A stretch of 64,000 bases of DNA from an uncultured Acidimicrobiaceae bacterium (GCA_963727645.1 CAVSHA010000011.1:64233-128232); one strand, 5' to 3'. Shown: positions 1 through 10,041, counted from the first letter of the stretch. Program-made: numbers and translations. The notes: a model not told the origin generated them from the letters alone.

Positions 1-1
1 C

Positions 2-1960
2 GGCGGCGGCTCGTGGTCGTCCGACAGCATCGACGCTGCCGGTGACCTGTCGTCCGTCTCGTGCCCGACTGCGAACTTGTGTGTCGCGGTGGACAGCGGA
101 GGCGATGTCCTCACTTACGGCGGGACCTCGTGGTCGCCACCCGACGAGATCGACCCGAGCAGGGGCGACCTGGACTCCGTCTCGTGCCCCACGACGAGCT
201 TCTGCGTAGCCGTAGACCAGTACGGCAATGCCCTTGCCTACGATGCCGGCTCGTGGTCGTCGCCCGACTCCATCGACGACGGAAACCTCCTGGACTCCGT
301 CTCGTGCCCCACGACGAGCTTCTGCGTAGCCGTAGACCAGTACGGCAATGCCCTTGCCTACGATGCCGGCTCGTGGTCGCTGGCCGACGAGATCGATCCG
401 GGCTACGCCCTGAACTCCGTCTCGTGCCCGACGTCGAGCTTCTGCGTCGCGGTAGACGATTATGGCGATGCCCTTGTCTATCAAGGTGGCTCGTGGTCGC
501 CGGCCGACGAGATCGATCCGGGCTACGCCCTGTACTCGGTCTCCTGCCCGACGGTGAACCTGTGCGTCGCGGTGGACCAGAGCGGCAATGTCCTCACTTA
601 TGACGGGACCTCGTGGTCGTCGCCCGACAGCATTGACATCAGGAACGGTCTGAGCTCCGTCTCGTGCCCGACGGCAAGCTTCTGCGTCGCTGTCGACTGG
701 AGCGGCAACGCCCTCACCTACGAGGGTGACTCATGGTCGTTACCCAATGACATTGGCGCGGCGGGCGCCCAGGTGTACTCGGTATCGTGCGTGTCGGCGA
801 GCTTGTGCGCCGCCGTTGACAACGCCGGCGACGTCCTCACCTACGACGGGACCTCATGGTCGTCCGACGCCATTGACGCCGGGAGCAGCCTGGTGGCCCT
901 TTCCTGCCCGTCGGTGACCTTCTGCACCGCGGTGGACTACTCCGACGCGTTCATCGGCTCACCGCTGCCCGTCCACTCTCCACCTCCCGTCGGCTCACCA
1001 CCTCCCGTCGGCTCACCACCTCCCGTCGGCTCACGACCGCTCATCTCGTCGACCACCATTGCTTCGTTCACGTCCAACCCGGTCGTCGGTCAGCCCATCT
1101 CGGTCGGTGTACAAGTCACCGGGCCAACTGTCACAGCTCAGTCGCCAACCCCAACTGGGCAGGTCACCGTTACTGACGGCACCCCGAGCTGTGAGGCAAC
1201 GCTAAGCGGATCGGACGGGAAAGCGACCGGCACGTGTTCGATCACCGAGGAAACCGTGGGTGAGTACTTGCTCACAGCCAGCTATCAAGGTGACGGGGTT
1301 CTCGCTTCCAGCCGGACGCCTGTACCGGTGCCTCTCGCGGTCGGAGCAGCCACCTCTGCGACGACCCTCGAGGTGGCCACGGCCAAGGTGACCTACGGCG
1401 ACGAAGTCAGGGAACAACTCTCGGTCACTGTCTCCCCGGAGTTTGGCGGCTCTACGCCGACCGGAACGGTGAAGCTGACGGTCAACAACTCGACAACGGG
1501 GCTGTGCACGATCTGGCTGTCTGGCGCCAAGGGCAAGTGCTCGTTGTTGGCCAAGGAGGTTCCCGTGGGCATCTTCAGCCTTCTCGCAACCTATGGAGGG
1601 AGCACCGACCTCGACGGCTCGACCTCGACGCGGGTGTCCCTCTCGGTTGCAAAGCAAACTTCGAGGACGATCCTCAGGCTCTCGAGCGCCAGGCCCGCCT
1701 ACGGTCACGAAGGCACCGAGCACTTGTCGGCAACAGTCTCACCGGAGTTTGCCGGCTCTACGCCGACCGGAACGGTGACGGTGGGGGACTCGACATCGAC
1801 GCTGTGTGCGATCTCGCTGTCGGGTTCCAAGGGCTCATGCTCGTTGTCGCCCAGGAAGCTTCCCGTAGGCGTTTATCGCCTCGTTGCTGCCTACAGTGGG
1901 AGCACCACGTTCGGCGCCTCGGCTTCGGCGAAAGTGGCCTTCACAGTCGCCAAGCGATGA
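2..1960 (+). CDS. secreted/cell-surface repeat protein, 5'-truncated by the window edge: at least 8 tandem ~40-aa Cys-containing repeats, a PPPVGS x3 linker, then Ig-like domains
   Basis: The frame stays open to base 2 (GGGSWSSDSIDAAGDLSSVSCPTANLCVAVD precedes the tracked Met at 77). The unit SVSCPtxsFCVAVDxxGNaLtYdGtSWS recurs. The C-terminal half has three repeated TPTGTVxxxxxxxxLCxxxLSGxKGxCSL Ig-like modules. Stop at 1958-1960. Confidence 0.75.
   Translation, partial: GGGSWSSDSIDAAGDLSSVSCPTANLCVAVDSGGDVLTYGGTSWSPPDEIDPSRGDLDSVSCPTTSFCVAVDQYGNALAYDAGSWSSPDSIDDGNLLDSVSCPTTSFCVAVDQYGNALAYDAGSWSLADEIDPGYALNSVSCPTSSFCVAVDDYGDALVYQGGSWSPADEIDPGYALYSVSCPTVNLCVAVDQSGNVLTYDGTSWSSPDSIDIRNGLSSVSCPTASFCVAVDWSGNALTYEGDSWSLPNDIGAAGAQVYSVSCVSASLCAAVDNAGDVLTYDGTSWSSDAIDAGSSLVALSCPSVTFCTAVDYSDAFIGSPLPVHSPPPVGSPPPVGSPPPVGSRPLISSTTIASFTSNPVVGQPISVGVQVTGPTVTAQSPTPTGQVTVTDGTPSCEATLSGSDGKATGTCSITEETVGEYLLTASYQGDGVLASSRTPVPVPLAVGAATSATTLEVATAKVTYGDEVREQLSVTVSPEFGGSTPTGTVKLTVNNSTTGLCTIWLSGAKGKCSLLAKEVPVGIFSLLATYGGSTDLDGSTSTRVSLSVAKQTSRTILRLSSARPAYGHEGTEHLSATVSPEFAGSTPTGTVTVGDSTSTLCAISLSGSKGSCSLSPRKLPVGVYRLVAAYSGSTTFGASASAKVAFTVAKR
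169..379 (+). repeat. intragenic tandem duplication with a 120-bp period; 91 bp are perfectly identical (169..259 = 289..379)
   Basis: Direct comparison of sequence lines 181-240 and 301-360 (identical) plus the flanking matches. A further near-identical stretch is 368..412 versus 488..532. Confidence 0.9.
980..1033 (+). repeat. perfect 18-bp x3 tandem repeat (ccacctcccgtcggctca) encoding PPPVGS x3
   Basis: Read directly from the sequence at 980-997, 998-1015 and 1016-1033. Confidence 0.95.
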
Positions 1961-2094
1961 CGGGCCGCAAAGAAACTTGCCGTCGAACGACAACACCCAG
2001 CAGACCACGGGCCATTGCCTCCCAGCCGGTCGAACGATCTGGTTGGGGGGCACAGCTGGCCGTCGGAGACCGCGCCGACGAGCCGTACCTTGGC

Positions 2095-2541
2095 CTAGAC
2101 AAGTCGGCTGGGGGGAGGAGCGTCGTGCTCCAGGCGCTTGCCGAAGCTCACAGCCTCGTCGAGCCTGTAGCCGATCTGTCGATAGAACTCTCTTGCGCTC
2201 TCGTTGGAGGTCCGGACCTGGAGATTCACCTTCGGGCAGCCAAGGTCGCGCAGTCGCCTTTCCGCCTCGTCCATGAGCAGGCGCCCGAGTCCCTCACGCC
2301 GTCGATCGGGGTGCACCGCGAGGTAGTTGACCCACCCGCGGTGGCCCTCGTAGCCGACCATCACTGATCCGATCAACTTCTCGCCCTCTTCGAGCACGAG
2401 AAGGTTTTCCCCGTCTCTTGCCAGTTTGCGGTCGATATCCCTGTGGGGGTTGTTCCATGGCCGCGTGAGCCCACAGATCGACCAGAGCGACACGAGCGCC
2501 TCGCGGTCGCCTGGCCGGTACGACCTGATCACGGGTTCCAC
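2095..2541 (-). CDS. GNAT family N-acetyltransferase
   Basis: 148-aa ORF with the acetyl-CoA-binding core WVNYLAVHPDRRREGLGRLLMDEAERRL and a typical GNAT length. Confidence 0.85.
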   Translation of the reverse strand: MEPVIRSYRPGDREALVSLWSICGLTRPWNNPHRDIDRKLARDGENLLVLEEGEKLIGSVMVGYEGHRGWVNYLAVHPDRRREGLGRLLMDEAERRLRDLGCPKVNLQVRTSNESAREFYRQIGYRLDEAVSFGKRLEHDAPPPSRLV

Positions 2542-2636
2542 GGCAACTTTCTACCAGCCGAGACCGGCGTATCGACGAAGAGTCGGTGGGGTCCCCGGCC
2601 CCGTGCGGGTGCCGGGGCAGGGCCTATATTGAACCC

Positions 2637-3407
2637 ATGACCCGATCTTGCTACCGCCTTGTCGCCGGAGGGTTCGCCGGAGCTCTCGCCCTGGGATCAG
2701 TTTCCGCCCTGCCCTCGATGGCCAACCTCCACCGGCTTGCCGGTGGCTCGTCCTCGGTCGTCGTCGAGGCGAAGGCCATCAACATGAAGGTGTCGGACCT
2801 GCCGACGAGCATCAAGTGGGCGACCGCCCAGCCAACCGCGTCACCTAAGGGCGAGGCGGCGCTCGGCAAGCAGGCCGTCGCCTGTATCGCCAAGGGTGGG
2901 CCGGTGAGCCCTGATCCGTTCGGCACGAGCGGAGTTGTCGGAGGTACGGTCCTCGTGGACGTCTCGTCGCCGACCTATTCCGAGAAGAGCTCGACCCTCA
3001 CGCACTTGCCGAGCGCGAGCTCGGAGGTGGTCTTCGCAAAGACCGCTCCCGGAGCGCTCGCCGACCTGGCGGGCGTCGGCCGCAAGCCGTCGATCGCCTG
3101 CCTGGCGACCCAGATGGCGGCCGAGAGCTCCCTGCAGGGAGCCGGGAAGGGTGTCAAGGCCAGCGGGAGCTTCATGCCTGCCCCCCGCTACGGCGGGGGC
3201 AATGGGGGAGTCCACATCCGCTTTCTGGAGACAGGCGGCAACTTCGCCCTGCTGAAAGAGTCGCTCTACGACGACGAGTACTTCTACGTGCAGGGTTCAG
3301 CCGAGGTCTTCCTGACGTTCGTCAACCTTGGCACGGCCTTCAGCCCGAGCGGGGCAGCTTCGGCCATTTCCAAGGTGATGGCGCGGGCGAAGTCGGAGGT
3401 CGGCTGA
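2637..3407 (+). CDS. hypothetical secreted protein
   Basis: ATG at 2637 gives MTRSCYRLVAGGFAGALALGSVSALPSMA, which looks like a signal peptide. No recognisable family. The tracked start at 2586 is less likely. Confidence 0.6.
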   Translation: MTRSCYRLVAGGFAGALALGSVSALPSMANLHRLAGGSSSVVVEAKAINMKVSDLPTSIKWATAQPTASPKGEAALGKQAVACIAKGGPVSPDPFGTSGVVGGTVLVDVSSPTYSEKSSTLTHLPSASSEVVFAKTAPGALADLAGVGRKPSIACLATQMAAESSLQGAGKGVKASGSFMPAPRYGGGNGGVHIRFLETGGNFALLKESLYDDEYFYVQGSAEVFLTFVNLGTAFSPSGAASAISKVMARAKSEVG

Positions 3408-3422
3408 GCCCACGGGATCCCG

Positions 3423-3977
3423 CTATGTCGGCGGGGGGGCGAGGATCTCCACGTCGTCGGGGACTCTTCGCGAGTGCCAGAACCCGAACGCGACGAGGAT
3501 GAGCATGAGGCCGGCAAGGATGAAGGCGGCGATGCCGGCCCAAAGTGAGATCGTCCCGAAGGTGCCGAAGGCGTAGGCCTCGAGCAGCAGGCCGCGAAGC
3601 GTGGTGCCCTCGAAGGCGGTCTGCGCCTCTGCCTTGAGTGCTGCGCTGTTCGGGTTGGCCAAGGCGGCTGCGCTGATCTTCGCGTAGACGCCGCCGTAGG
3701 GCATGCCAGCCACGTCGCTGGCGATCTTCTGCGCGTAGGCATCGGCCTGAGCACCGGTCAGCACCTGCTGGCCGGCGTACTGGAGGAGGTACGGCCTCTG
3801 CGCCGGGGTGATGCCAGCCTTGGCGGGGAAGAAGATGTCCTGCTGCGCCAGCTGGTTGTGCACGCTCGAGTTCGTGAAGCTCTGCGCCCACATCAAGAGC
3901 GCTCCGGCCACCACGAGCACGGCCACGACCAGCAGGCCACCTGCACTGACCAGGACATCGAACACCTTGCGTCGCAT
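3423..3977 (-). CDS. hypothetical membrane protein with N- and C-terminal TM helices
   Basis: ATG at 3977 gives MRRKVFDVLVSAGGLLVVAVLVVAGALLMW. A second hydrophobic helix (ISLWAGIAAFILAGLMLILVAFGFW) lies near the C-terminus. Confidence 0.6.
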   Translation of the reverse strand: MRRKVFDVLVSAGGLLVVAVLVVAGALLMWAQSFTNSSVHNQLAQQDIFFPAKAGITPAQRPYLLQYAGQQVLTGAQADAYAQKIASDVAGMPYGGVYAKISAAALANPNSAALKAEAQTAFEGTTLRGLLLEAYAFGTFGTISLWAGIAAFILAGLMLILVAFGFWHSRRVPDDVEILAPPPT

Positions 3978-4103
3978 CGGACGTACCCTCCCGCTTCGAT
4001 TGTGAATGAGACTGTATTGGCCTGGCCTTGTCACCGATGATGCTCGCAGGGGCCGGCTGCAAGCACCGTTCCATCAGGCTGCGAAAACGCGGCCCGGGAT
4101 CTC

Positions 4104-4743
4104 CTAAGCCGGGTGGCTTTGGGCAAAATTGGGGCCCATCAGATCTTTCGTTGCTTCTCTGAGCAGGTCCGCCAGCACCTGCGACGGGACCTCTGCGAAG
4201 ACATCACCCACCAGATCCAGCAGGCCCATGACGGCCTTGAAGCCGCACGCCATGCGCACGCGATCGCGAAGGTCGATCTCCCGATCCGAGAGCACCGCGT
4301 GGAACCAGTCCTCGAGCAGGTCGTGCTCGGAAACGTGGCGTTCGTGGTGCAGATGGGATATGGCAGCCCGGTTGCGCTCCTGGAGGATGAACAGGTCGTG
4401 GTACTCGAGAATCTCGTTGATCAGCTGGTCCAGCAGTATCATCCAGGCTTCGGGCGAGCTCGCCGGCAGCGTCACGGCACTCGAGCGCGTCACGTCCGAC
4501 CTCGTGGAGCTTGTAATGAAGCGCCATCAAGATGTCCTGCTTGCTGGCGAAGTGGTAGTAGATCGACGCCTTCGAGAACCCCAGCCTCTCGGCGATCTGG
4601 CGGATGGACGTGGCGTCGTAGCCCTGGGCGATGAAGAGATCCAGCGCTATGTCGAGGATCCGCTGGCGCGTGTTGGGATGGCCTGCCGAGCCGACCTCGG
4701 TAGTCTGCGTTAAGCCAGCTTGACTGTTCCCGGAGTACGACAC
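4104..4743 (-). pseudogene. TetR/AcrR family regulator split over two frames (frameshift or sequencing error near 4445-4490)
   Basis: ORF 4204..4743 has a TetR HTH (RILDIALDLFIAQGYDATSIRQIAERLGFSKASIYYHF) and then degenerates into R/P/G-rich text. ORF 4104..4493, in another frame, carries a plausible helical ligand-binding domain (WMILLDQLINEILEYHDLFILQERNRAAISHL...). Confidence 0.75.
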
Positions 4744-4785
4744 GTCCTGGTCATCCTCGCTTTACTTGACGGTCGGTCAGATCCG

Positions 4786-4807
4786 ACTTACTATCCGTTC
4801 GGTAAGT
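4786..4807. promoter_or_regulatory. candidate TetR operator: inverted repeat ACTTAC-N10-GTAAGT in the divergent intergenic region
   Basis: ACTTACTATCCGTTCGGTAAGT lies between the TetR start (4743) and the 4837 gene. The half-site resembles the palindrome at the second TetR locus (16734). Confidence 0.4.
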
Positions 4808-4836
4808 ATAGCGAACCACCGACTGGCAGGAAGAGG

Positions 4837-5364
4837 ATGAAGAAGCGAATTCCAGGTGTCGTGCTCGTGGCAGTGCTGAGCACCGGGCTGTTGGCAGGTC
4901 CCGTGTTCTCTGCTGTACCGGCAGTGAAGAGAGTCACGTTTTCCAGCAGCTACACCGGCAAGGCCTCGCTGCTCATCAACAACGGCCAGGCCACTATCTC
5001 CTCGGTGAAGGGTTCGGGGAAGAACTCGCTGTTCGGTGCCAGCAAGGTCAGCGGCAGCGGCTCGGCCGCCGCGTCGCAGCAGTGCGATCCGTTCGGCGGC
5101 AAGGGCAGCATCGCCGGTGGCGCCAACAAGATCATGTTCACCGTCACCCGGTCGAGCTCGCAACAGGGCTGTGCCAACGGTGAGAGCGGACCGGTGACGG
5201 TCACTTTCCACGGTGTCGCCGTGGCCACCGGAGGGCTCGGCGCGGCCAAGGGCGCTTCGGGGAGCCTCAAGTTCAAGGGCACCCTCAAGCTCGGCGGAAC
5301 CAGCGGATCCCAGGACGGCTCTTTCACGGTCACCCTCAGCGGAACGCTGAGCGTGAAGGCCTGA
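4837..5364 (+). CDS. hypothetical small secreted protein (Gly/Ser-rich, probably beta-rich)
   Basis: ATG at 4837 is preceded by GGAAGAGG. The signal peptide is MKKRIPGVVLVAVLSTGLLAGPVFSA. Confidence 0.65.
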   Translation: MKKRIPGVVLVAVLSTGLLAGPVFSAVPAVKRVTFSSSYTGKASLLINNGQATISSVKGSGKNSLFGASKVSGSGSAAASQQCDPFGGKGSIAGGANKIMFTVTRSSSQQGCANGESGPVTVTFHGVAVATGGLGAAKGASGSLKFKGTLKLGGTSGSQDGSFTVTLSGTLSVKA

Positions 5365-5398
5365 GACAGAACCCAGACGTGACAAGAGGGAGGATGGG

Positions 5399-6004
5399 AT
5401 GAAGAAGCTCATTATTACGGTTGCTGCCGGGCTTGTAGCGATCGGAGGTGTCGTTGCCATCGCCGTTATGGGTGCCGGCGCAGGAGCGGCCACCGGTCAC
5501 GCCCGAGCTGCCACGACAACGACGACTACAACCCTGGCCCCGCCCGTCCAAGGGGTCGGACCGCACAAGGTGTTCTTCTCCGTGGACACGGTCCAAGGCG
5601 GGGGTGGGACTGTGAAGCTCGCGGCCGACGCCGCCTGCTCGATGACAAACCTGTTCCAGCGCGGCGATGTCGTGGTGTTCCGCATGTACGGCGTGCACAT
5701 CACCACCGGGGGCAACGACCTCACCAACGTGACGGTGAAGAACGCCTATGTGAACGTCCCTGGTCTGCCGGCCGTTCCGATGGTTTACAGCACGCACCCG
5801 ACCAAGCCGGCGATGTCGTACTGGACAGCCGCTTGGCCTGTGGGCAAGACCTATCCGCTCGGCGTCGTGAACTACAGCGTCACGGTGATCACGAACCCGG
5901 TGCCGGCAGGGCTGACCGCTGCTGTCCCGTCCGAGAAGGGCGTATTCATGCAGCAGGATTCGCCGCAGGTGGCTTCGATGCTCACGATCGAGCCCAGCAG
6001 CTAG
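5399..6004 (+). CDS. hypothetical secreted protein
   Basis: GGGAGGATGGG precedes the ATG. An N-terminal TM/signal segment MKKLIITVAAGLVAIGGVVAIAVMGAGA is followed by a poly-Thr linker. Confidence 0.65.
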   Translation: MKKLIITVAAGLVAIGGVVAIAVMGAGAGAATGHARAATTTTTTTLAPPVQGVGPHKVFFSVDTVQGGGGTVKLAADAACSMTNLFQRGDVVVFRMYGVHITTGGNDLTNVTVKNAYVNVPGLPAVPMVYSTHPTKPAMSYWTAAWPVGKTYPLGVVNYSVTVITNPVPAGLTAAVPSEKGVFMQQDSPQVASMLTIEPSS

Positions 6005-6242
6005 CAAGGCGGAACAAGAGACCTTCAACCGAGAGGTTGCCTGCCGCCGGTCAGCCTGCGGCAGGCGACCTCTCGGGTCTTTTGGGCTACTTCTCGGGCC
6101 TTTCGAGGTGACCTCCCGCGTCTCTTGGACCTGTACGCGTTCAGACCTTCGCGTTTACGGTCGCCACCAAGACCTGGAGCGAGAAGGGCAGTTCCCAACG
6201 GCAGTCGACAGACAACATATTTAGGTGAGAGGAAAGTTGACT

Positions 6243-7862
6243 ATGAGGTATCTGAGAGGAAAGCAACCCCACAGCATGCTGATCGGGTTGTTGGCCGGGG
6301 CTCTGGTCCTGTTTTCCTGTGTGGCAACCGCAAGTGCCGCAACTTCGGGCAAGTCTGTCCGACCGTTGTCCGCGCACGCCGCCCCGGTGGTGAGCTTCAC
6401 AACGCTGCGTTCACCCGCCATTCCGGGGGTCAGCCCGCTCCCCGGTCCCGTCGCCGGCCCGGCGAAGGCGAGCCCGACCATGGGGATCCTCCAGGTGAAC
6501 CCCGATGAGGGTGTCGCTGGAACGCCGCTCACGATCTCGGGCTCGCACCTGGCTGCGAGCGCGGACGTGGAGCTGACATGGTCGACAGCGGATGCGACCT
6601 GGCTCGTGCAAGCCAAGCCGGACACGGTGAACTACCTCGGCCGCTCCGATACCTTGTTCACGGTGGTGCTCGCGAAGACGACCACCAGCACGAACGGGTC
6701 GTTCCGCGTGTCGCTCACCGTGCCCCAGGACTGGGGCGGGCTGCACGACATATACGCGGTCGTAAACGGCGTGGAGGTTGCTCACGGCGGGTTCATCACG
6801 CTGCGAACCGTCACCGTCACGCCGATGAGCGGCCCCATCGGGACGCCGATCACGATCACCTACAGCGGCCTCGGTGCGAGCCTGTACACGGGCGGGGCAT
6901 CCCTGCTCTGGGACAACCATTACGTGGGCGAGATGATGGCCAACTGGACGCGCGGCGTGGCGAAGGCGACCATTCGCGCGGCCGGGCCCGTGGGCCTGCA
7001 CACGATCCAGATCGGGAATGCCATCAGCTACCTGTACCTGAACGTGCCGCAGTCGCCGATCCCGTACACGAACGGCGCCACGGTCACCTTCACCGTGACA
7101 AAGGACGACGGTCCGCCACCTTCCTCCATCGACTGGCCGGTCAGTGTCGCTCCGACACTGAGCGCCCGGACAACGCTCCGGACAATCTCAGCCGCGAGCG
7201 GCGTACAGGCCACACTCGCGACCACAAGCGGACGGGTGGACGCCAAGGTTGATCTCACGGCGGCGGGGCTGTCGTCGGAATCTCCCGTGCAGCTGGTCTG
7301 GTCCACGGTTGTCGGAAACCGCGTCAACTGCGCGAGCACTTGCTGGGCTTTCGTGTCACAGCCATTGGGATCGGCGACCCCGTCCGGCGGATCGCTCCGC
7401 TCGAAGATAACGGTTCCGGACGGCCTGGGCGGCTGGCACGTTGTGCAGCTAGTGCAGAAGGGCAAGATCCTCGCGGAGGTGCCCTTCTACGTGATGGAGA
7501 GCATCGTCGGGCATGGCGTGTCCTCGATCGTGGTCAAGGAGGGCCAGTCCTTCACTATTCACTTGAAAGGCGTCGGCTGGACCCAGCTCGACAACACCGT
7601 CACCGTCGACTACGACAACAGCTACATCGGCTACGGGTGCGGCTTCAACTCGAACGGGGACGTCCTCTTGCACCTGAACGCCACAGGCGGTCCCGGCACG
7701 CACTTGATCGACCTCTACCCCATGCTGTACTCGTTGTCGCCTTCGTTCGCGGCGACCCCGTACGGCATGGTGCCGGTTCTCACCTACGCCCAGGATGAGC
7801 CCGCACTTGCGCTTGGCTATCACCTGCCCGCGTTCAGGTTCGCGATCACAGTCGTCAAGTAG
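6243..7862 (+). CDS. hypothetical secreted protein with repeated Ig/IPT-like modules
   Basis: ATG at 6243 follows GAGAGGAAAG. The signal peptide is MRYLRGKQPHSMLIGLLAGALVLFSCVATASA. The motif GxPxTISGxxL recurs (GTPLTISGSHL, GTPITITYSGL). Confidence 0.65.
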   Translation: MRYLRGKQPHSMLIGLLAGALVLFSCVATASAATSGKSVRPLSAHAAPVVSFTTLRSPAIPGVSPLPGPVAGPAKASPTMGILQVNPDEGVAGTPLTISGSHLAASADVELTWSTADATWLVQAKPDTVNYLGRSDTLFTVVLAKTTTSTNGSFRVSLTVPQDWGGLHDIYAVVNGVEVAHGGFITLRTVTVTPMSGPIGTPITITYSGLGASLYTGGASLLWDNHYVGEMMANWTRGVAKATIRAAGPVGLHTIQIGNAISYLYLNVPQSPIPYTNGATVTFTVTKDDGPPPSSIDWPVSVAPTLSARTTLRTISAASGVQATLATTSGRVDAKVDLTAAGLSSESPVQLVWSTVVGNRVNCASTCWAFVSQPLGSATPSGGSLRSKITVPDGLGGWHVVQLVQKGKILAEVPFYVMESIVGHGVSSIVVKEGQSFTIHLKGVGWTQLDNTVTVDYDNSYIGYGCGFNSNGDVLLHLNATGGPGTHLIDLYPMLYSLSPSFAATPYGMVPVLTYAQDEPALALGYHLPAFRFAITVVK

Positions 7863-7869
7863 CCGCCGG

Positions 7870-10041
7870 TCACGCCGTCGTCGTCAGGTCTCGTCTCTCG
7901 TGTCCAGCGAGAGGCGAGACCTTCACACCGGCGAACCGGGCGAAGGGCGCCGGGAGCCACCAGTTCCAGCGTCCGAGCAGTGTCATGAGGCTCGGCATCA
8001 ACAGGCCGCGCACGATCGTCGCGTCGATGATGACCCCGAGCGCGAGCCCGGCGCCGATCTCCTGCAGCCCCGCCACATGCCCGGCCACCAGCCCCGAGAG
8101 TGCCCCGACCATGATCAACGCCGCGGCGCTGACGACCCGCCCGGTGTGGGTGAGCCCGTCTGCCACGGCGCGCATGTTGTCTCCTAGCGCGTCCCACGAT
8201 TCGCGCATTCGCGTGACGAAGAAGACCTCGTAATCCATCGAGAGGCCAAAGAGCATCGCGAAGAGGAAGATCGGCACCCAGCCCTCGATCTGAGAGACGC
8301 GATACAGGCCGAGCACGTCGCGCCCGACGCCGAAGCGGAAGGTCACGACGAGCAGCCCGTAGGTGGCGGCAACGGAGATGGCGTCGAGTGCCACGGCCAT
8401 CAACGGGAGCACGAGGGACCGGAAGGCGCGCAGCAGCACGAGATAGGCGAGTGCGAGCACTAGCAGGACGATCCAGGGAAAGGTTCTGTAGACGCGTGTT
8501 AGGAAGTCGGCCCCCTGAGCCGGCGCACCGCCGACATAGACGCTGAGGCCGGGCGGGAAGCGGGCTCCGGGAAGGAACCTGGAGTGGATCTGGTGCACGA
8601 GCAGCTGGGTAGCTTCCTGGCCGAAGTCGTGCCGCCCGACGACGATCATCTGGCGATACCGGCCGGAGGAGTCGACATAGGGCGCTCGGGAGCCGATGGC
8701 AACGACGAAGATCTCAGGATCGTTCAGGAGCTCGTGCGCGAGCCGCAGCGTGGCGGCCGAAATGGCCGGTGCGTCCGCCTTGCCCGGAGCGCCCGCGTCC
8801 AGCACGACCTCGATCGGTGTGATCACCCCGGGCCCGATCCGATCGCGGAGCATGGCGAGGGCGCGGGCCGACTGGATGCTTTGGGGGATGGCCACGACAG
8901 ACCCAGGTGTGAGCTCGAGCCAGAGGGCCGGCGTGGCCGCGGCCAGGAGCACGGCAGCCGAGCAGACCAAGACGACAATGGGGCGCCGGATGACCAAGGC
9001 CGCTAGTCGCGACCAAAGGCTGTGCTGGAGGTCGCGGCTTGCCTCGGGACGCGAAAAGCGAATGCGCCCCATGCCGCGTCGCCCGAGCAGCGACAAGAGC
9101 GCTGGTTGCAACGTGAGTGCGGCAATGATCGACACGAGCGGAACCACCAGGCCTGCAAAGCCGAGTGAGCGGACGAAAGGCACCGGGACGACGAGGACCA
9201 CCGAGAGGCCTACGGCAACGGCGATGCCCGAGAAGACCACCGTCCGCCCTGCAGTTGCCATCGTGGCCACGACGGCGTCCTCGACTGCTCGTTCCTCGTC
9301 GGAAAGCTCGTGTCTGAACCGGTGCACGACCAGGAGCGAGTAGTCGACAGCGACCCCGAGCCCGATGAGCTGGACGAGGTTCGGGACATAGAGCACCATC
9401 AAGAACTCGTGCGCGAGGGCGAAGATGATCGCGAGCGCGGCCGTCGTCGTTCCGACGGCCAGAGCAAGTGGAATCAGGAGAGCGACCGAGGGACCGAGGA
9501 CGAAGATCAACAGCGCCAACGCAGCCAGGACAGCGATGACCTCGCCCCGGTGCAGGTCAGTGGTCAGGATAGGCTCGATGTCGTACTGGAGCGCAGGGGC
9601 TCCGGTCACGTACACGCTGGGGAGGCCGGAGGCCCTCAAGGCGTGGCGCAAGGCGCCCGTGTAGCCTGCAGCCCGTTGCAGGTCGAGTGCCGTGCTGATG
9701 TTGCCGTAGAGGATCCCGGCCACCTCCCGCAATGCCATGACGTGTGCGGTCGGTACCGCGCGAGCGGCAGCGGAGAACCGACCGTCCATGGCACGCAGGG
9801 TGGCGGGGGACAGGTTCGACACATGGAAGACCACGGTGAAGGTGCCTTCGACGTTCTCGCCAAAATGCTGGCTCAAAATGGCGTCGGCTCGTCCCGAGTC
9901 GCTTCCCGGGACGGCGAGCGAGGTTGACAGGAGCGCCGGCAAGCGCACGGCCGAGAAGGTTCCCACGATGATCACTGCGATCCAGAGCGCGATCACCAAG
10001 ATGCGCCAGCGAATGACAGCGTGGGTCCATCGCTCGAGCAT
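7870..10041 (-). CDS. MMPL family (RND superfamily) transporter
   Basis: 723 aa with two blocks of about 6 TM helices separated by soluble loops. The N-terminus RWRILVIALWIAVIIVGTFSAVRLPALL and the motifs GVAVDYSLLVVHRFRHEL / GLSMDYEVFFVTRMRE are typical of the MMPL domain. Confidence 0.85.
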   Translation of the reverse strand: MLERWTHAVIRWRILVIALWIAVIIVGTFSAVRLPALLSTSLAVPGSDSGRADAILSQHFGENVEGTFTVVFHVSNLSPATLRAMDGRFSAAARAVPTAHVMALREVAGILYGNISTALDLQRAAGYTGALRHALRASGLPSVYVTGAPALQYDIEPILTTDLHRGEVIAVLAALALLIFVLGPSVALLIPLALAVGTTTAALAIIFALAHEFLMVLYVPNLVQLIGLGVAVDYSLLVVHRFRHELSDEERAVEDAVVATMATAGRTVVFSGIAVAVGLSVVLVVPVPFVRSLGFAGLVVPLVSIIAALTLQPALLSLLGRRGMGRIRFSRPEASRDLQHSLWSRLAALVIRRPIVVLVCSAAVLLAAATPALWLELTPGSVVAIPQSIQSARALAMLRDRIGPGVITPIEVVLDAGAPGKADAPAISAATLRLAHELLNDPEIFVVAIGSRAPYVDSSGRYRQMIVVGRHDFGQEATQLLVHQIHSRFLPGARFPPGLSVYVGGAPAQGADFLTRVYRTFPWIVLLVLALAYLVLLRAFRSLVLPLMAVALDAISVAATYGLLVVTFRFGVGRDVLGLYRVSQIEGWVPIFLFAMLFGLSMDYEVFFVTRMRESWDALGDNMRAVADGLTHTGRVVSAAALIMVGALSGLVAGHVAGLQEIGAGLALGVIIDATIVRGLLMPSLMTLLGRWNWWLPAPFARFAGVKVSPLAGHERRDLTTTA

